A stretch of 64,000 bases of DNA from an uncultured Gammaproteobacteria bacterium (GCA_964570655.1 CAZMYU010000002.1:11367-75366), one strand, 5' to 3'; positions 48,079-57,280 are shown, numbered from the stretch's first letter. The notes: generated by a model from the sequence alone, not told the origin. Translations and numbers: made by a program.

Positions 48079-50046
48079 ATGACTACTCATAAACCCAGTT
48101 CCAAAAAAGATTTTATTGAAAGGCCGCTGCTGCCGGAGGAGGATATCAAAAAATTTGAAGCAGCTATTAATCATTTTGGTCGCTCGGCTCGTCGTCAAAA
48201 CGGTGATGAGCTTTTGGAGATTTATGAAGACGATCAAGGCCGAGTGGTTGATGTTAAGAAAATTAGTATTCGACGACGTCCTAGTCGGCTGGCTCGTTTA
48301 CTAAAAATATTAGTTTGGATCCTGGTCCTGGCTGGCTTGGCTTATGGAGCGTATTTTTATTATTTGAAATTTTATTCAGGCAAATCAAAGCTTTTAGAAA
48401 TTAGCATTGATGCTCCGGCCAAAATCAAGAGCGGGGAAGAGTTTTTCTATACGGTTAAATATAAAAATAACGCTAGTTTGTCACTAAAAAATATTAAAGT
48501 TGAGCTAATTTATCCAGACAATTTTGTGTATATGGACAGTTTGCCACTGCCTAGTCAAAACAAGAATTCTTGGGCAGTCGTGGATTTGCCAGCTGGAGCG
48601 ACCGGAGAAATAAAAATCAAGGGTCAGATAATCGGAGAGAGTGGCCAGGATAATATTCTGACAGTTAAAGCTAATTATTATTTGGACAAATTTAGCACTG
48701 AATTTCGGCATGAATTTAGCGCGGTCACTTTGATAGATGGCTTGGGGTTTGTGATTAATTCTGATTATTCTAATACCGCCCTGATTGGTCAGGATAATGA
48801 GATCAATTTGAGCTTCAAAGATTTTGAGGAATTGTTTGTACCCAGTAGTCTAATTTTGAGTGCTGAGTTGTCTGACAATGTTAGCGATTTTAGTCCGGTC
48901 CCGGTCAAAAACTCAAACACTGCGACCTCTAGTTTAAGCTTTGCTAAAATCGCCGATCACTCTTGGCAGATTACTGGCTTTACTAAAGATACGGCTAGTC
49001 AGGTCTTGAGAATTGTTTATCGACTCAAAGACAAGTTGGAGCCCCAAGAAAAAATAGTTTTAAAATTAGAAGTGTTGGGTTCTGACAATTTGCCACATAC
49101 TTTGTGGCGGGAAGAATTAAGCTTGAACGTAGTGAAGAGTAATTTGAATTTGAGCTTGGATGTTAATGGACAAAAAGGTGACTCGGCAATTAATTTTGGT
49201 GAAACTCTTAGTTATAATATTAGTTACACTAATAATGACAATGTCGCTTTGAAAGATGTGGTCATTACCGCTGTTTTGGATGGGGAAGCGATTAATTGGG
49301 AGACACTCAAAGATAAGTTCAAGGGGGAACGGCGTAGTGGCAATTCTATTTCTTGGAGCAAAAATGAGGTGCCGGAGCTGGCTGAATTGGCCCCCGGATC
49401 AACTGGGCGGATTTATTTTTCGGTCAATGCTGTGACGTATCAACAGAATGTTTTGGGCAAAAATTTGCAGGTTCAAAGTTATGGACAATTTGGAGTGGGG
49501 GTGGAGACACCAGATAGTCAAGCCCTGGATAATAAAAGCAATGTAATTATAAATAAAATAAATAGTGATTTTAATTTTAAAGATAGAATTCTTTATTTTA
49601 ACGAGGATAATATTCCGGTTGGGTCTGGGCCGCTGCCACCGAAGTTTGGGCAAACTACTAGTTTGCGGGTTTATTGGAGTATTAATAATAATTTGCATGA
49701 ATTAAGTAATACTCAGGTTGTTTATGATTTACCTGAGGGAGTGAATTATGGCGGGCAGGATAATGTTTCGGTAGGATCAATTAGCTATGATAGTACTTTG
49801 CGACGAATCACTTGGGAGATTGGATCATTGCCGCTAAGCACTTATCAGGCCAGTGCCGAATTTAATATTTCTATTACTCCGCAAAGTGCTGATCGTAATC
49901 GAATCATGATGCTCAGCAATGGAGTGAGGGCCACGGCTACTGATATTGAGACTCAGGCTAGCTTAGAAAAAAGTACTACCCCGCAAACTACTCGTCTAGA
50001 AGATGATGATATCGCCGCCCTGAGTAATGATGGGGTGGTGAGATAG
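48079..50046 (+). CDS. large membrane-anchored hypothetical surface protein
   Basis: 655 aa, one TM near residue 80, long beta-rich extracytoplasmic region. Confidence 0.45.
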   Translation: MTTHKPSSKKDFIERPLLPEEDIKKFEAAINHFGRSARRQNGDELLEIYEDDQGRVVDVKKISIRRRPSRLARLLKILVWILVLAGLAYGAYFYYLKFYSGKSKLLEISIDAPAKIKSGEEFFYTVKYKNNASLSLKNIKVELIYPDNFVYMDSLPLPSQNKNSWAVVDLPAGATGEIKIKGQIIGESGQDNILTVKANYYLDKFSTEFRHEFSAVTLIDGLGFVINSDYSNTALIGQDNEINLSFKDFEELFVPSSLILSAELSDNVSDFSPVPVKNSNTATSSLSFAKIADHSWQITGFTKDTASQVLRIVYRLKDKLEPQEKIVLKLEVLGSDNLPHTLWREELSLNVVKSNLNLSLDVNGQKGDSAINFGETLSYNISYTNNDNVALKDVVITAVLDGEAINWETLKDKFKGERRSGNSISWSKNEVPELAELAPGSTGRIYFSVNAVTYQQNVLGKNLQVQSYGQFGVGVETPDSQALDNKSNVIINKINSDFNFKDRILYFNEDNIPVGSGPLPPKFGQTTSLRVYWSINNNLHELSNTQVVYDLPEGVNYGGQDNVSVGSISYDSTLRRITWEIGSLPLSTYQASAEFNISITPQSADRNRIMMLSNGVRATATDIETQASLEKSTTPQTTRLEDDDIAALSNDGVVR

Positions 50047-50168
50047 AAGTTCAAAACTAAAAACTCAAAACTCAAAGCCACAACTAAAAATTAAAAACTA
50101 ATTTTTAAAAAGTTTTGATCTTTGCGTTGTATTTTTGCGTTTTGAGTTTTGACATTTGAGTTCGCGAT
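50047..50168 (+). repeat. A/C-arm vs G/T-arm hairpin repeat (family copy 3) upstream of pilin gene
   Basis: 'gttcaaaactaaaaactcaaaactcaaagccacaactaaaaattaaaaac' / 'gttttgatctttgcgttgtatttttgcgttttgagttttgacatttgagttcgc'. Confidence 0.5.
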
Positions 50169-50186
50169 CATTTTCCCGAATTAACT

Positions 50187-51365
50187 ATGCATTCAACCAA
50201 AAAACAATTAGGATTTACCCTCATCGAATTATTAGTGGTCATCGCCATTATTGGCATCTTGGCCACGGTTAGCGTGGTTGCTCTCAATAATGCTCGAGCT
50301 AAGAGTCGTGATGCCAAGCGAGTCGCTGATGTCAAAAATATTCAAACCGCTCTGGCTCTTTATTATAATGACAAGGGACAATATCCAATAACACTGACTG
50401 CCGGTCAACCTTTATTTTCAACTTCTCTAGATGGTGCTGGTAATGTCGTTACCTCTACTTATATTTCCTCTATTCCGAGCGCTCCTACTCCAGCTGATGG
50501 AGCTAATTGCAATACGACTAATAATACTTTTACCTATTCTACTTCTTCCGACCTGCAGTCTTATGTTCTTTCAACTTGTGTTTCCTCTCCTCCGCAAACT
50601 CAATCCAGTAGTACTGGTCCAGCTATTTATATATCTGATCCCGCTCAAACTCAACCTTGTGGTCAATATGTTATTAATTATGAGGGCAAAACCTATCGCA
50701 CTGTCCAAATTGGTACTCAATGTTGGACGAGGGATAATTTGAATGTGGGAGCACTAACCGTTGAGCAGGATAATGGCCCCTGCATTGATATGGGGTGGGG
50801 GTATGCAGCTCCTTGGGATATTTGTCAGCTCGATGATACTAAAATTGAAAAAGCCTGCAAGAGCAATAGCGAAGCCCAATGCGATTTATATGGCGGTTTT
50901 TATGAGTGGCATGAAGCTTACGGTTTGTCTGCTTATTATGCTACCAATACTTATACTTTCCCATCTGGCAACCGACGAGGTATTTGTCCGCCTGGTTGGC
51001 ATATGGCCAGCGATGCCGAGTGGAATGTACTGGAAGTATTTGTTTATGGTGATACTGCTAATTACTGTACTACTGGTAGTAGTGGTGGCAGTACTGATCG
51101 CTGCATGGCTGATGGTACTCATGTAATTGGCGTGGGAGATGCTTTGGCTATCCCTGGTGGATGCGGTGGTCGCACTCCCTGTGGTACATCGGGATTTGAC
51201 TGGAAACATGCTGGCACCTGGGGTATGGATTTATTTTGGCAAAGCAGTGGTATTAGAGGTAGTTTATATTCATCTAACTTGGTTGGAGGCTTTGCTTCTG
51301 GTAGTGGTTCTGGTGGTTGGTCAAACAAAGTTTTAAACCAACATATAAGATGCTTAAAAGATTAA
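50187..51365 (+). CDS. type IV pilin-like protein with C-terminal FISUMP (Fibrobacter succinogenes major paralogous)-like Cys-rich domain
   Basis: prepilin leader 'MHSTKKQLG|FTLIELLVVIAIIGILA'; 'GKTYRTVQIGTQCWTRDNLN' FISUMP-like motif. Confidence 0.7.
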   Translation: MHSTKKQLGFTLIELLVVIAIIGILATVSVVALNNARAKSRDAKRVADVKNIQTALALYYNDKGQYPITLTAGQPLFSTSLDGAGNVVTSTYISSIPSAPTPADGANCNTTNNTFTYSTSSDLQSYVLSTCVSSPPQTQSSSTGPAIYISDPAQTQPCGQYVINYEGKTYRTVQIGTQCWTRDNLNVGALTVEQDNGPCIDMGWGYAAPWDICQLDDTKIEKACKSNSEAQCDLYGGFYEWHEAYGLSAYYATNTYTFPSGNRRGICPPGWHMASDAEWNVLEVFVYGDTANYCTTGSSGGSTDRCMADGTHVIGVGDALAIPGGCGGRTPCGTSGFDWKHAGTWGMDLFWQSSGIRGSLYSSNLVGGFASGSGSGGWSNKVLNQHIRCLKD

Positions 51366-51369
51366 TTTC

Positions 51370-52416
51370 ATGTCAAATTTTAAAAAAACAAAATTTCCAA
51401 TTTTTCTCCCCGATGCCACACGGGGCTTTGTTAAATTTCTGAGTAACGATCGGCTTAGGGAGGCGGGGGTTAAGGCGCTGATGATGAATACTTTTTATTT
51501 GTATTTGCAACCGGGGTTAAAAATTATTAAGAAAGCCGGGGGCTTACATAGGTTTATAAATTGGTCTGGGCCAATTGCCACCGACAGCGGGGGTTTTCAG
51601 GTCTTTTCTCTGATTCGCAAAAATCCGAAAATGGGCAAGGTTCATGACGATCGGATCACTTTTAAATCTCCGATAAATGGTGAGGTTCATGAATTTACTC
51701 CAGAGAAGGTTATCCAAATTCAATTTGAGTTGGGCAGTGATCTAATGATTTGTTTAGATGATTGTCCAGCCAATGAATCATCTCGGAAAGAATTGGAAAG
51801 GGCAGTAGCTAGAACTATTGATTGGGCCAGGAGATCAAAAATTGAATACGCCAAACAATTGAAAAAAAGAAAAATTAATAATCAAGATCGACCCCTACTT
51901 TTGGCGGTAATTCAGGGTGGAGCCGAACTTGATTTAAGGAAGAAATGTGCCGAGGAATTAATTAAAATTGGTTTTGATGGTTATGGTTTTGGCGCTCGGC
52001 ATATTGATAGTGAAGGGAAGTTTATGGATAAGGTCTTGAAATATACGGCTGGGCTAATTCCTAAAGATGCTTATAAGTTTGCCTTGGGCATGGGGACACC
52101 TGAGGATATTAAGAAATTAGCCAAAATGGGTTGGCAGATTTTTGACTGCGTGATCCCGAGCCGAGAGGGGCGTCATGGCCGTTTATTTGGCTTAAAATTG
52201 GGTTTTAAGGGCTATGAAACCATTAATATAACTAATTCCAAATATAGTCATGATTTTCGGGCTATTAACCCAAAAAGCGGGATTTCAGACCTAAAAAACA
52301 ATAGTCGAGCCTATCTGCATCATCTTTTTAAACTAGGCGACCCCTTGGGTCCCGAACTAGCCAGTTTGAATAATTTGGAGTTTTATCAGGAGTGGATTGA
52401 AAGATTGAAGGATTGA
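51370..52416 (+). CDS. tgt: queuine tRNA-ribosyltransferase
   Basis: 'IATDSGGFQV' catalytic motif. Confidence 0.85.
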   Translation: MSNFKKTKFPIFLPDATRGFVKFLSNDRLREAGVKALMMNTFYLYLQPGLKIIKKAGGLHRFINWSGPIATDSGGFQVFSLIRKNPKMGKVHDDRITFKSPINGEVHEFTPEKVIQIQFELGSDLMICLDDCPANESSRKELERAVARTIDWARRSKIEYAKQLKKRKINNQDRPLLLAVIQGGAELDLRKKCAEELIKIGFDGYGFGARHIDSEGKFMDKVLKYTAGLIPKDAYKFALGMGTPEDIKKLAKMGWQIFDCVIPSREGRHGRLFGLKLGFKGYETINITNSKYSHDFRAINPKSGISDLKNNSRAYLHHLFKLGDPLGPELASLNNLEFYQEWIERLKD

Positions 52417-52428
52417 AAGATTGAAAAT
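52395..52428 (+). repeat. 'gattgaa(a/g)' x4 tandem repeat overlapping tgt stop codon
   Basis: direct repeats seen; same unit as 31158..31247. Confidence 0.4.
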
Positions 52429-52438
52429 TTTTTAAATA

Positions 52439-52470
52439 GGACCTGGATCCTGGCCTTCGCCAGGATGACA
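52439..52470. repeat. 29-nt element 'acctggatcctggccttcgccaggatgaca' copy 2
   Basis: identical to 23605..23633. Confidence 0.5.
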
Positions 52471-52534
52471 GGGGAAGGGAGGTATTGTCTTTTTTTAGCA
52501 TTGATAATATAATTTTTAAACCAGCCTATTTTAT

Positions 52535-53752
52535 ATGAATGCTAATCATTTTGAACAAATAGATGTTTTAGAACCGAAGATTTCGGTCGCTCCGCCATTG
52601 TTTTCGGATGGAGAGAAATTTGATCCCGATTTTGAATTGGACAAAATAAAAAAAATGTCGACTGCTGATAAGGAATTGGCTTTGCCAATATATCGACAAA
52701 AATTGTTGATGCAAAAAATAGGTATAAATGAGATGATTGTTGATTTATCCAAAAAGTTTTTAGATAATAATAAAATTGATGCTCAGGATATTTCGGAATT
52801 TCTTGAAAATGCTTATAGTGAAAATCACTTAAGTGCTGAGCAAATTATTACCTTTCGGGATTCTGTTGATGAATTTATTCACAAACGAGATTTTATAGAA
52901 AAATTTACTAAAGATTTTTTAGATGAAAACGGAGAGATCAATAGTCGGGAGTTGTTTAAAAAGATTTTTAATTTTGAGCCAAGCGATGATATTAGGGTGG
53001 AGATTCTACCAGCGGCTATTTATTTTCATATTAAAAATTTAAACGATTACGCTCGAACCGTTACTAATGCTCGGATTGAGGGTCGACCACCCAACCAAGA
53101 GGAAATCAAGCAGGCTAGGGATGGTCAGGCGGCTGTACTATTTGATAATGAAATTTTAGAATTAAAAGGTTCGGTGATTGTGGCTGGACCAGTTATTTGT
53201 GAAAATCCACACTTAGATCAGCAGGTTATTGATCATGAATATCGTCATGTTATCAATAATATTATTTTGCAGTATCAGATTCCCGAATATAGTCTTTACG
53301 CTAAAGGCCAGGTTGCTTTATCCGGTTTGAGCAAGGAAGTTTATCTTAATAATTGTTTTGTTTTGGAAAGGGCCAAGGATGAAATTAGCGCTTATTATAA
53401 TGAAACTAGAGATACCAAATTTATAAGTCGGACTTTGTTAAAAGAAGATACTATCTATCAATTTTTTAAAACTTATAATTCTACGCTTGACTTACCTCAA
53501 GACAAAATACCCAAAGAATTTCTAAAGGTAGTTGAAAAAGGTATTGTAGCTTATGGGCGTTTACTGGTTTATGGTCTAACTGATGAGCAGGCTCACGCTT
53601 TATTAATTATTGAGAAGTTAGCTGATTGGCCCAAGGTAGTGGAAAGATATTTGGGTGTTACCAAGGGGATTAATCGTTTAAGTTTGAAGCAAAAACAAAA
53701 CAATTTACAGACTATGATTGACCAGCGGATTCTTAAAAAAACCGAAAAATAA
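52535..53752 (+). CDS. hypothetical protein with single HExxH ('HEYRH') motif
   Basis: 405-aa ORF; no other recognisable domain. Confidence 0.45.
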   Translation: MNANHFEQIDVLEPKISVAPPLFSDGEKFDPDFELDKIKKMSTADKELALPIYRQKLLMQKIGINEMIVDLSKKFLDNNKIDAQDISEFLENAYSENHLSAEQIITFRDSVDEFIHKRDFIEKFTKDFLDENGEINSRELFKKIFNFEPSDDIRVEILPAAIYFHIKNLNDYARTVTNARIEGRPPNQEEIKQARDGQAAVLFDNEILELKGSVIVAGPVICENPHLDQQVIDHEYRHVINNIILQYQIPEYSLYAKGQVALSGLSKEVYLNNCFVLERAKDEISAYYNETRDTKFISRTLLKEDTIYQFFKTYNSTLDLPQDKIPKEFLKVVEKGIVAYGRLLVYGLTDEQAHALLIIEKLADWPKVVERYLGVTKGINRLSLKQKQNNLQTMIDQRILKKTEK

Positions 53753-53769
53753 ACAGGAATTAAGAGCCC

Positions 53770-53798
53770 TTGACAGGTTGGCAAATGTTAGCTATTAT
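53770..53798 (+). promoter_or_regulatory. sigma70-like promoter TTGACA-17-TATTAT for rplJ-rplL
   Basis: consensus hexamers, 17-nt spacer, ~170-nt leader follows. Confidence 0.5.
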
Positions 53799-53885
53799 AT
53801 TTTTATAAATAAACACAGCCAAAGACAGCAAGCAATGACAATTAGACTTGCCCAGGCCAAAACTCAGCATTTTTTGCTTTTTTTG

Positions 53886-53906
53886 TGGCCGATCTCGGCC
53901 ATTTTT
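53886..53906 (+). promoter_or_regulatory. attenuator-like hairpin + T-run (tggccgatctcggcca ttttt) in rplJ leader
   Basis: 6-bp GC stem followed by T5 inside 5' leader. Confidence 0.4.
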
Positions 53907-53928
53907 ATTTTATAAAAAGTCTCTATGC

Positions 53929-53961
53929 CCTAACTACTAATTACTAACTACTAATTACTTA
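53929..53961 (+). repeat. tandem 'ctaactactaatta' repeat ending 10 nt before rplJ start
   Basis: same repeat as 33129..33183. Confidence 0.45.
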
Positions 53962-53970
53962 TTCAATCAT

Positions 53971-54504
53971 ATGCCTAAAACAAAATTACAAAAACAAGAA
54001 ACTTTTCGAGATTTGGTGGAGAAGATGAAAAAGGCCAATTCGATTGTTTTTGCGTCTTATAATGCTTTGACGGTTAAGGATAATGAAGCCTTGCGTCAGG
54101 AATTACGCAAAGAAAATGCTGAATATTTTGTGGCCAAAAAAACTTTAATGAATTTAGCCTTCAAAGATCAAGGACTAGAAGGTGCTAATGCTAGAGAGTT
54201 TGATGGTAAAGTAGCCACGATTTTTGCTTATGGTGACCAGGTCGCTCCGGCCAAGGTTTTGTTTAACTTTAAAAAAGACAAGGACAAGGCGGAGAAGATT
54301 CAATTTGTTGGTGGCTTTTTGGATGGTCGCTTTATTACCAAAAGCGAAGTTGAAGCTTTGTCTCAACTTCCGGGCCGACAAGAATTGTATGCCAAAATGC
54401 TTGGATCACTTAATGCTCCAGTTTCTGGTTTTGTTAATGTCTTGGGAGGTAATTTGAGAGGATTGGTTACAGCTCTAAAAGCGATTGCTGATGCTAAAGC
54501 TTAA
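53971..54504 (+). CDS. rplJ: 50S ribosomal protein L10
   Basis: 177 aa, L10 family similarity, precedes rplL. Confidence 0.9.
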   Translation: MPKTKLQKQETFRDLVEKMKKANSIVFASYNALTVKDNEALRQELRKENAEYFVAKKTLMNLAFKDQGLEGANAREFDGKVATIFAYGDQVAPAKVLFNFKKDKDKAEKIQFVGGFLDGRFITKSEVEALSQLPGRQELYAKMLGSLNAPVSGFVNVLGGNLRGLVTALKAIADAKA

Positions 54505-54541
54505 TAAAATTTAAATAATAATTATTAATAATTTTAAAACT

Positions 54542-54943
54542 ATGGAAGACGACAAGAAAACTATCGAAGTTCCAGCCAAATTCAAATCTTTGGTTGAGGA
54601 AATCGAAAAAATGAGTGTTCTAGATTTGGCTGAATTAGTCAAAATCTTGGAAGAAAAATTTGGTGTTTCCGCTTCAGCTCCAGCCATGATGATGGCGGGT
54701 CCAGCGGCCGCCGCTGCCCCAACTGAAGAAAAGACTTCTTTTGATGTGGAATTGACTGATGCTGGCGCCAATAAGATCAATGTTATCAAGGCCGTTCGCG
54801 CTTTGACTGACTTGGGTCTCAAAGAAGCCAAGGATTTGGTGGATGCCGCTCCAAAAATGGTGAAAGAAGGTGTCAAAAAAGAAGATGCCGAAGCCATGAA
54901 GAAAACCTTAGAAGAAGCTGGTGGAAAGGTAACCCTAAAATAA
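54542..54943 (+). CDS. rplL: 50S ribosomal protein L7/L12
   Basis: Ala-rich hinge '[10 protein letters not shown]', '[32 protein letters not shown]'. Confidence 0.9.
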   Translation: MEDDKKTIEVPAKFKSLVEEIEKMSVLDLAELVKILEEKFGVSASAPAMMMAGPAAAAAPTEEKTSFDVELTDAGANKINVIKAVRALTDLGLKEAKDLVDAAPKMVKEGVKKEDAEAMKKTLEEAGGKVTLK

Positions 54944-55034
54944 CCATTGGTTATTTTAGGGTTACCCTGAGCGCCCGCCTGCAACGCTATGCGTAGCATT
55001 GCGGGCAGGAAGTCGAAGGGTGACCTTAAAATAA
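54928..55034 (+). promoter_or_regulatory. GC-rich structured element overlapping rplL stop: three copies of an 18-nt sequence allowing mutually exclusive hairpins
   Basis: 'ggtaaccctaaaataacc' (in rplL codons) / rc copy 54949..54966 / near-direct copy 55017..55034; inner GC hairpin 'cctgcaacgcta tgcg tagcattgcggg'. Confidence 0.35.
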
Positions 55035-55051
55035 CCTAATTTTCTATAAAA

Positions 55052-55081
55052 AACACCGCCATTTCTGGCGGTGTTTTTTTA
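55052..55081. terminator. bidirectional rho-independent terminator (aacaccgcc atttct ggcggtgtt + T-run)
   Basis: 9-bp stem, A-run/T-run, between convergent genes. Confidence 0.7.
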
Positions 55082-55090
55082 TAGAGAAAG

Positions 55091-57205
55091 TTATAATCCT
55101 AATTGATAAATTTTGGCATCACTGAGGATGTAAGCTTTTTTGCCAACTTCATCAATAGCCACGTCTTTGATAGTTCCGTCAGTTTCCAATTTAAATTGTT
55201 TGACAAAGTTGCCGCTCTTATCAAAGACCACTAGGCGTTTATTATTTTTGTCGAGAATATAAAAATTATTTAAAGAGATGAGGCGATCAGCCTGAGTAAG
55301 CGCTGGTTCAACAGTTTTGAGCGCTAAAGAATCCTTGGTCCCGTCATAAAATCTTTCTAGGCTTCCATTTTTGATCAGCAAGTATATATAGCTCTTAGCT
55401 CCTTTGGTTTCAATGGCAAAATCAATGATATCGCCTACTGGATTTTTTAGACGAGGCTCGGGAGTTTTAAAAATATTATCCTTGATGGAAAATTTATAAA
55501 CTTGACCGGCGTTTTTGTCCAAAATATAGACTCGGCCATTATAGACACCGATGGCGCCGACCTCTTTAATAGTATTTGGTTCGATAATAGAAATACTAAT
55601 TGAATTTTGATTATTGATAGCGATAATATTGGAATCACTCCAAAAATAGGCTAGGCCTTTTTCAAAAATAGGGAAGCGGGGATTGCCAGGAAAATTATTT
55701 TGGCCAATTTCAGCCACATTTTTGTTGCCAGTATTAACGGTATAAATTAGACTGGAATTATTACCCAGATACAATTGATTATTGGCAAAAACTAGATTTT
55801 GGGGATCAGCATCGCTTTTGGCAGTTTTTAAATCCAGCCAAGCTCCATTATTTTTAACCACAGTAATTAGGGATAATTTGTCGCTAATTTTTTGATAGCT
55901 GTCTTCTAGTTTTTGATATTCATCGCCGAGATATTTTTTTTCTTTATCGTTGAGAGTTTTAAGAATATTTTCGGCTGAACTCAGTTTTTCTTGAGCAGCT
56001 ACCCGATTATTGTAGATGAGATCGCTATCAGCTCCACTGAGAAATTTATCAATATCGTTTTTCTTAGCATTTAGTCCGTCATTAAAAATTTGTCGTTTAG
56101 TTTGAAATTTTTCAATACCGAAACTACCGAGCAAAACCAGGAAGCAAATCCCAATAACAATTAGGAGAATCTTTCTAGTTTTATGTTTTTTGGGCAGCTC
56201 AGCTAACAAGATATTTTGGTCAATGCTGGTTTCCGGTTGCCAAGGAGCTTTGGAGCTCTTGGATTTAAATAGAGATTTTATTTTTTTGCCAATTCTGGGT
56301 AGGGGATTGAGGTTGTTTAAAATTCTAACCAAAGCATTACTACTTTTGTCCAAAATAAAATTGTTGCCCGGAGCTAGAATTTTTTCAGTTTGGGCTTCGG
56401 CTTGCTCAATAGAGGGTTCGTCTTCTAGGTTGATTAGGTTGTCTAGAGATTTTTCTTCTAGATCATCGTCGCCATAAGAATTATTTTTGATAATGATTCC
56501 TTGGAAACTCAAGTAGGGATTAATTTTGGCTAGATTGTTTTTGATTTGCTGGGCAGCGCCCAAGGGGGCGAGTTTGGTGATTATCTCAATTATTTCTCGA
56601 TTGAATAAATATTCGGCCAAAGCCTCATTGGCAAACAGGAAATAAGCCCGGGCTGGCATAGTGCCGGAAATGATCGAGGTAAATAATTTTTGAAAACGGA
56701 GCGGGGAAGAGCTGGGGCTGGAATCGCCGAGCTGAGAACTTTTTTCGATATTAATAAGTTGGTAATTGCCGTTGTTTTCATCTTCATAAAGCAGGAGGGC
56801 TTGATGACCGCCAATACTGGAGAAATATAATTGATTTTCGTACAATACGCCGATAGTGGCGCTAATATCGGTGGGGCTAAGAGTGATTTTTTCTTTTTCT
56901 AGGAAGTCGATTAGGTCTTTGTTGGTATTAATTAGAGCGGTTTCAAACAAGCCGTCAATTTTAATGGCTTCTATTTTCTGACGTAAGAAAAGTTTTTCAT
57001 TTTGATAGTATTGGGCATTGAAATTGTCTATTAAAAAATCCAAGACTTTTTGGGCTTGGGTCGGCTTGGCTGAGACTTCGGCAATTATAAAAATAGTCCC
57101 AGCTAGATTTTCTAAATCTTTGTCGGGTTCAGCAATAAAAACTCGAACCATTTCCGAGCTTTTTTTTCGGCTGGCAATACTTATAGCGGCCGTTTTTATC
57201 GGCAT
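55091..57205 (-). CDS. large bitopic hypothetical protein (cytoplasmic N-domain, one TM, repeat-rich extracytoplasmic C-domain)
   Basis: 704-aa ORF; TM 'ILLIVIGICFLVLLGSFGI'; C-terminal repeated 'YILDKN...V.F' beta-propeller-like units. Confidence 0.5.
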   Translation of the reverse strand: MPIKTAAISIASRKKSSEMVRVFIAEPDKDLENLAGTIFIIAEVSAKPTQAQKVLDFLIDNFNAQYYQNEKLFLRQKIEAIKIDGLFETALINTNKDLIDFLEKEKITLSPTDISATIGVLYENQLYFSSIGGHQALLLYEDENNGNYQLINIEKSSQLGDSSPSSSPLRFQKLFTSIISGTMPARAYFLFANEALAEYLFNREIIEIITKLAPLGAAQQIKNNLAKINPYLSFQGIIIKNNSYGDDDLEEKSLDNLINLEDEPSIEQAEAQTEKILAPGNNFILDKSSNALVRILNNLNPLPRIGKKIKSLFKSKSSKAPWQPETSIDQNILLAELPKKHKTRKILLIVIGICFLVLLGSFGIEKFQTKRQIFNDGLNAKKNDIDKFLSGADSDLIYNNRVAAQEKLSSAENILKTLNDKEKKYLGDEYQKLEDSYQKISDKLSLITVVKNNGAWLDLKTAKSDADPQNLVFANNQLYLGNNSSLIYTVNTGNKNVAEIGQNNFPGNPRFPIFEKGLAYFWSDSNIIAINNQNSISISIIEPNTIKEVGAIGVYNGRVYILDKNAGQVYKFSIKDNIFKTPEPRLKNPVGDIIDFAIETKGAKSYIYLLIKNGSLERFYDGTKDSLALKTVEPALTQADRLISLNNFYILDKNNKRLVVFDKSGNFVKQFKLETDGTIKDVAIDEVGKKAYILSDAKIYQLGL

Positions 57206-57280
57206 AAGATAAACGGATTTTTTTGACTATTATTATAGAATATTATACTATAAATGGTAAGAAGGCGCAAATTTTTTTCA

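Noticed and set aside
50431-51336. Several 69-121-aa ORFs in other frames or strands within the FISUMP pilin gene
   Set aside because: Low-complexity L/V-rich or P-rich translations typical of out-of-frame reading of a Cys/Gly-rich gene.
54511-54999. 162-aa minus-strand ORF antisense to rplL
   Set aside because: Ala-rich antisense artefact of the L7/L12 gene.
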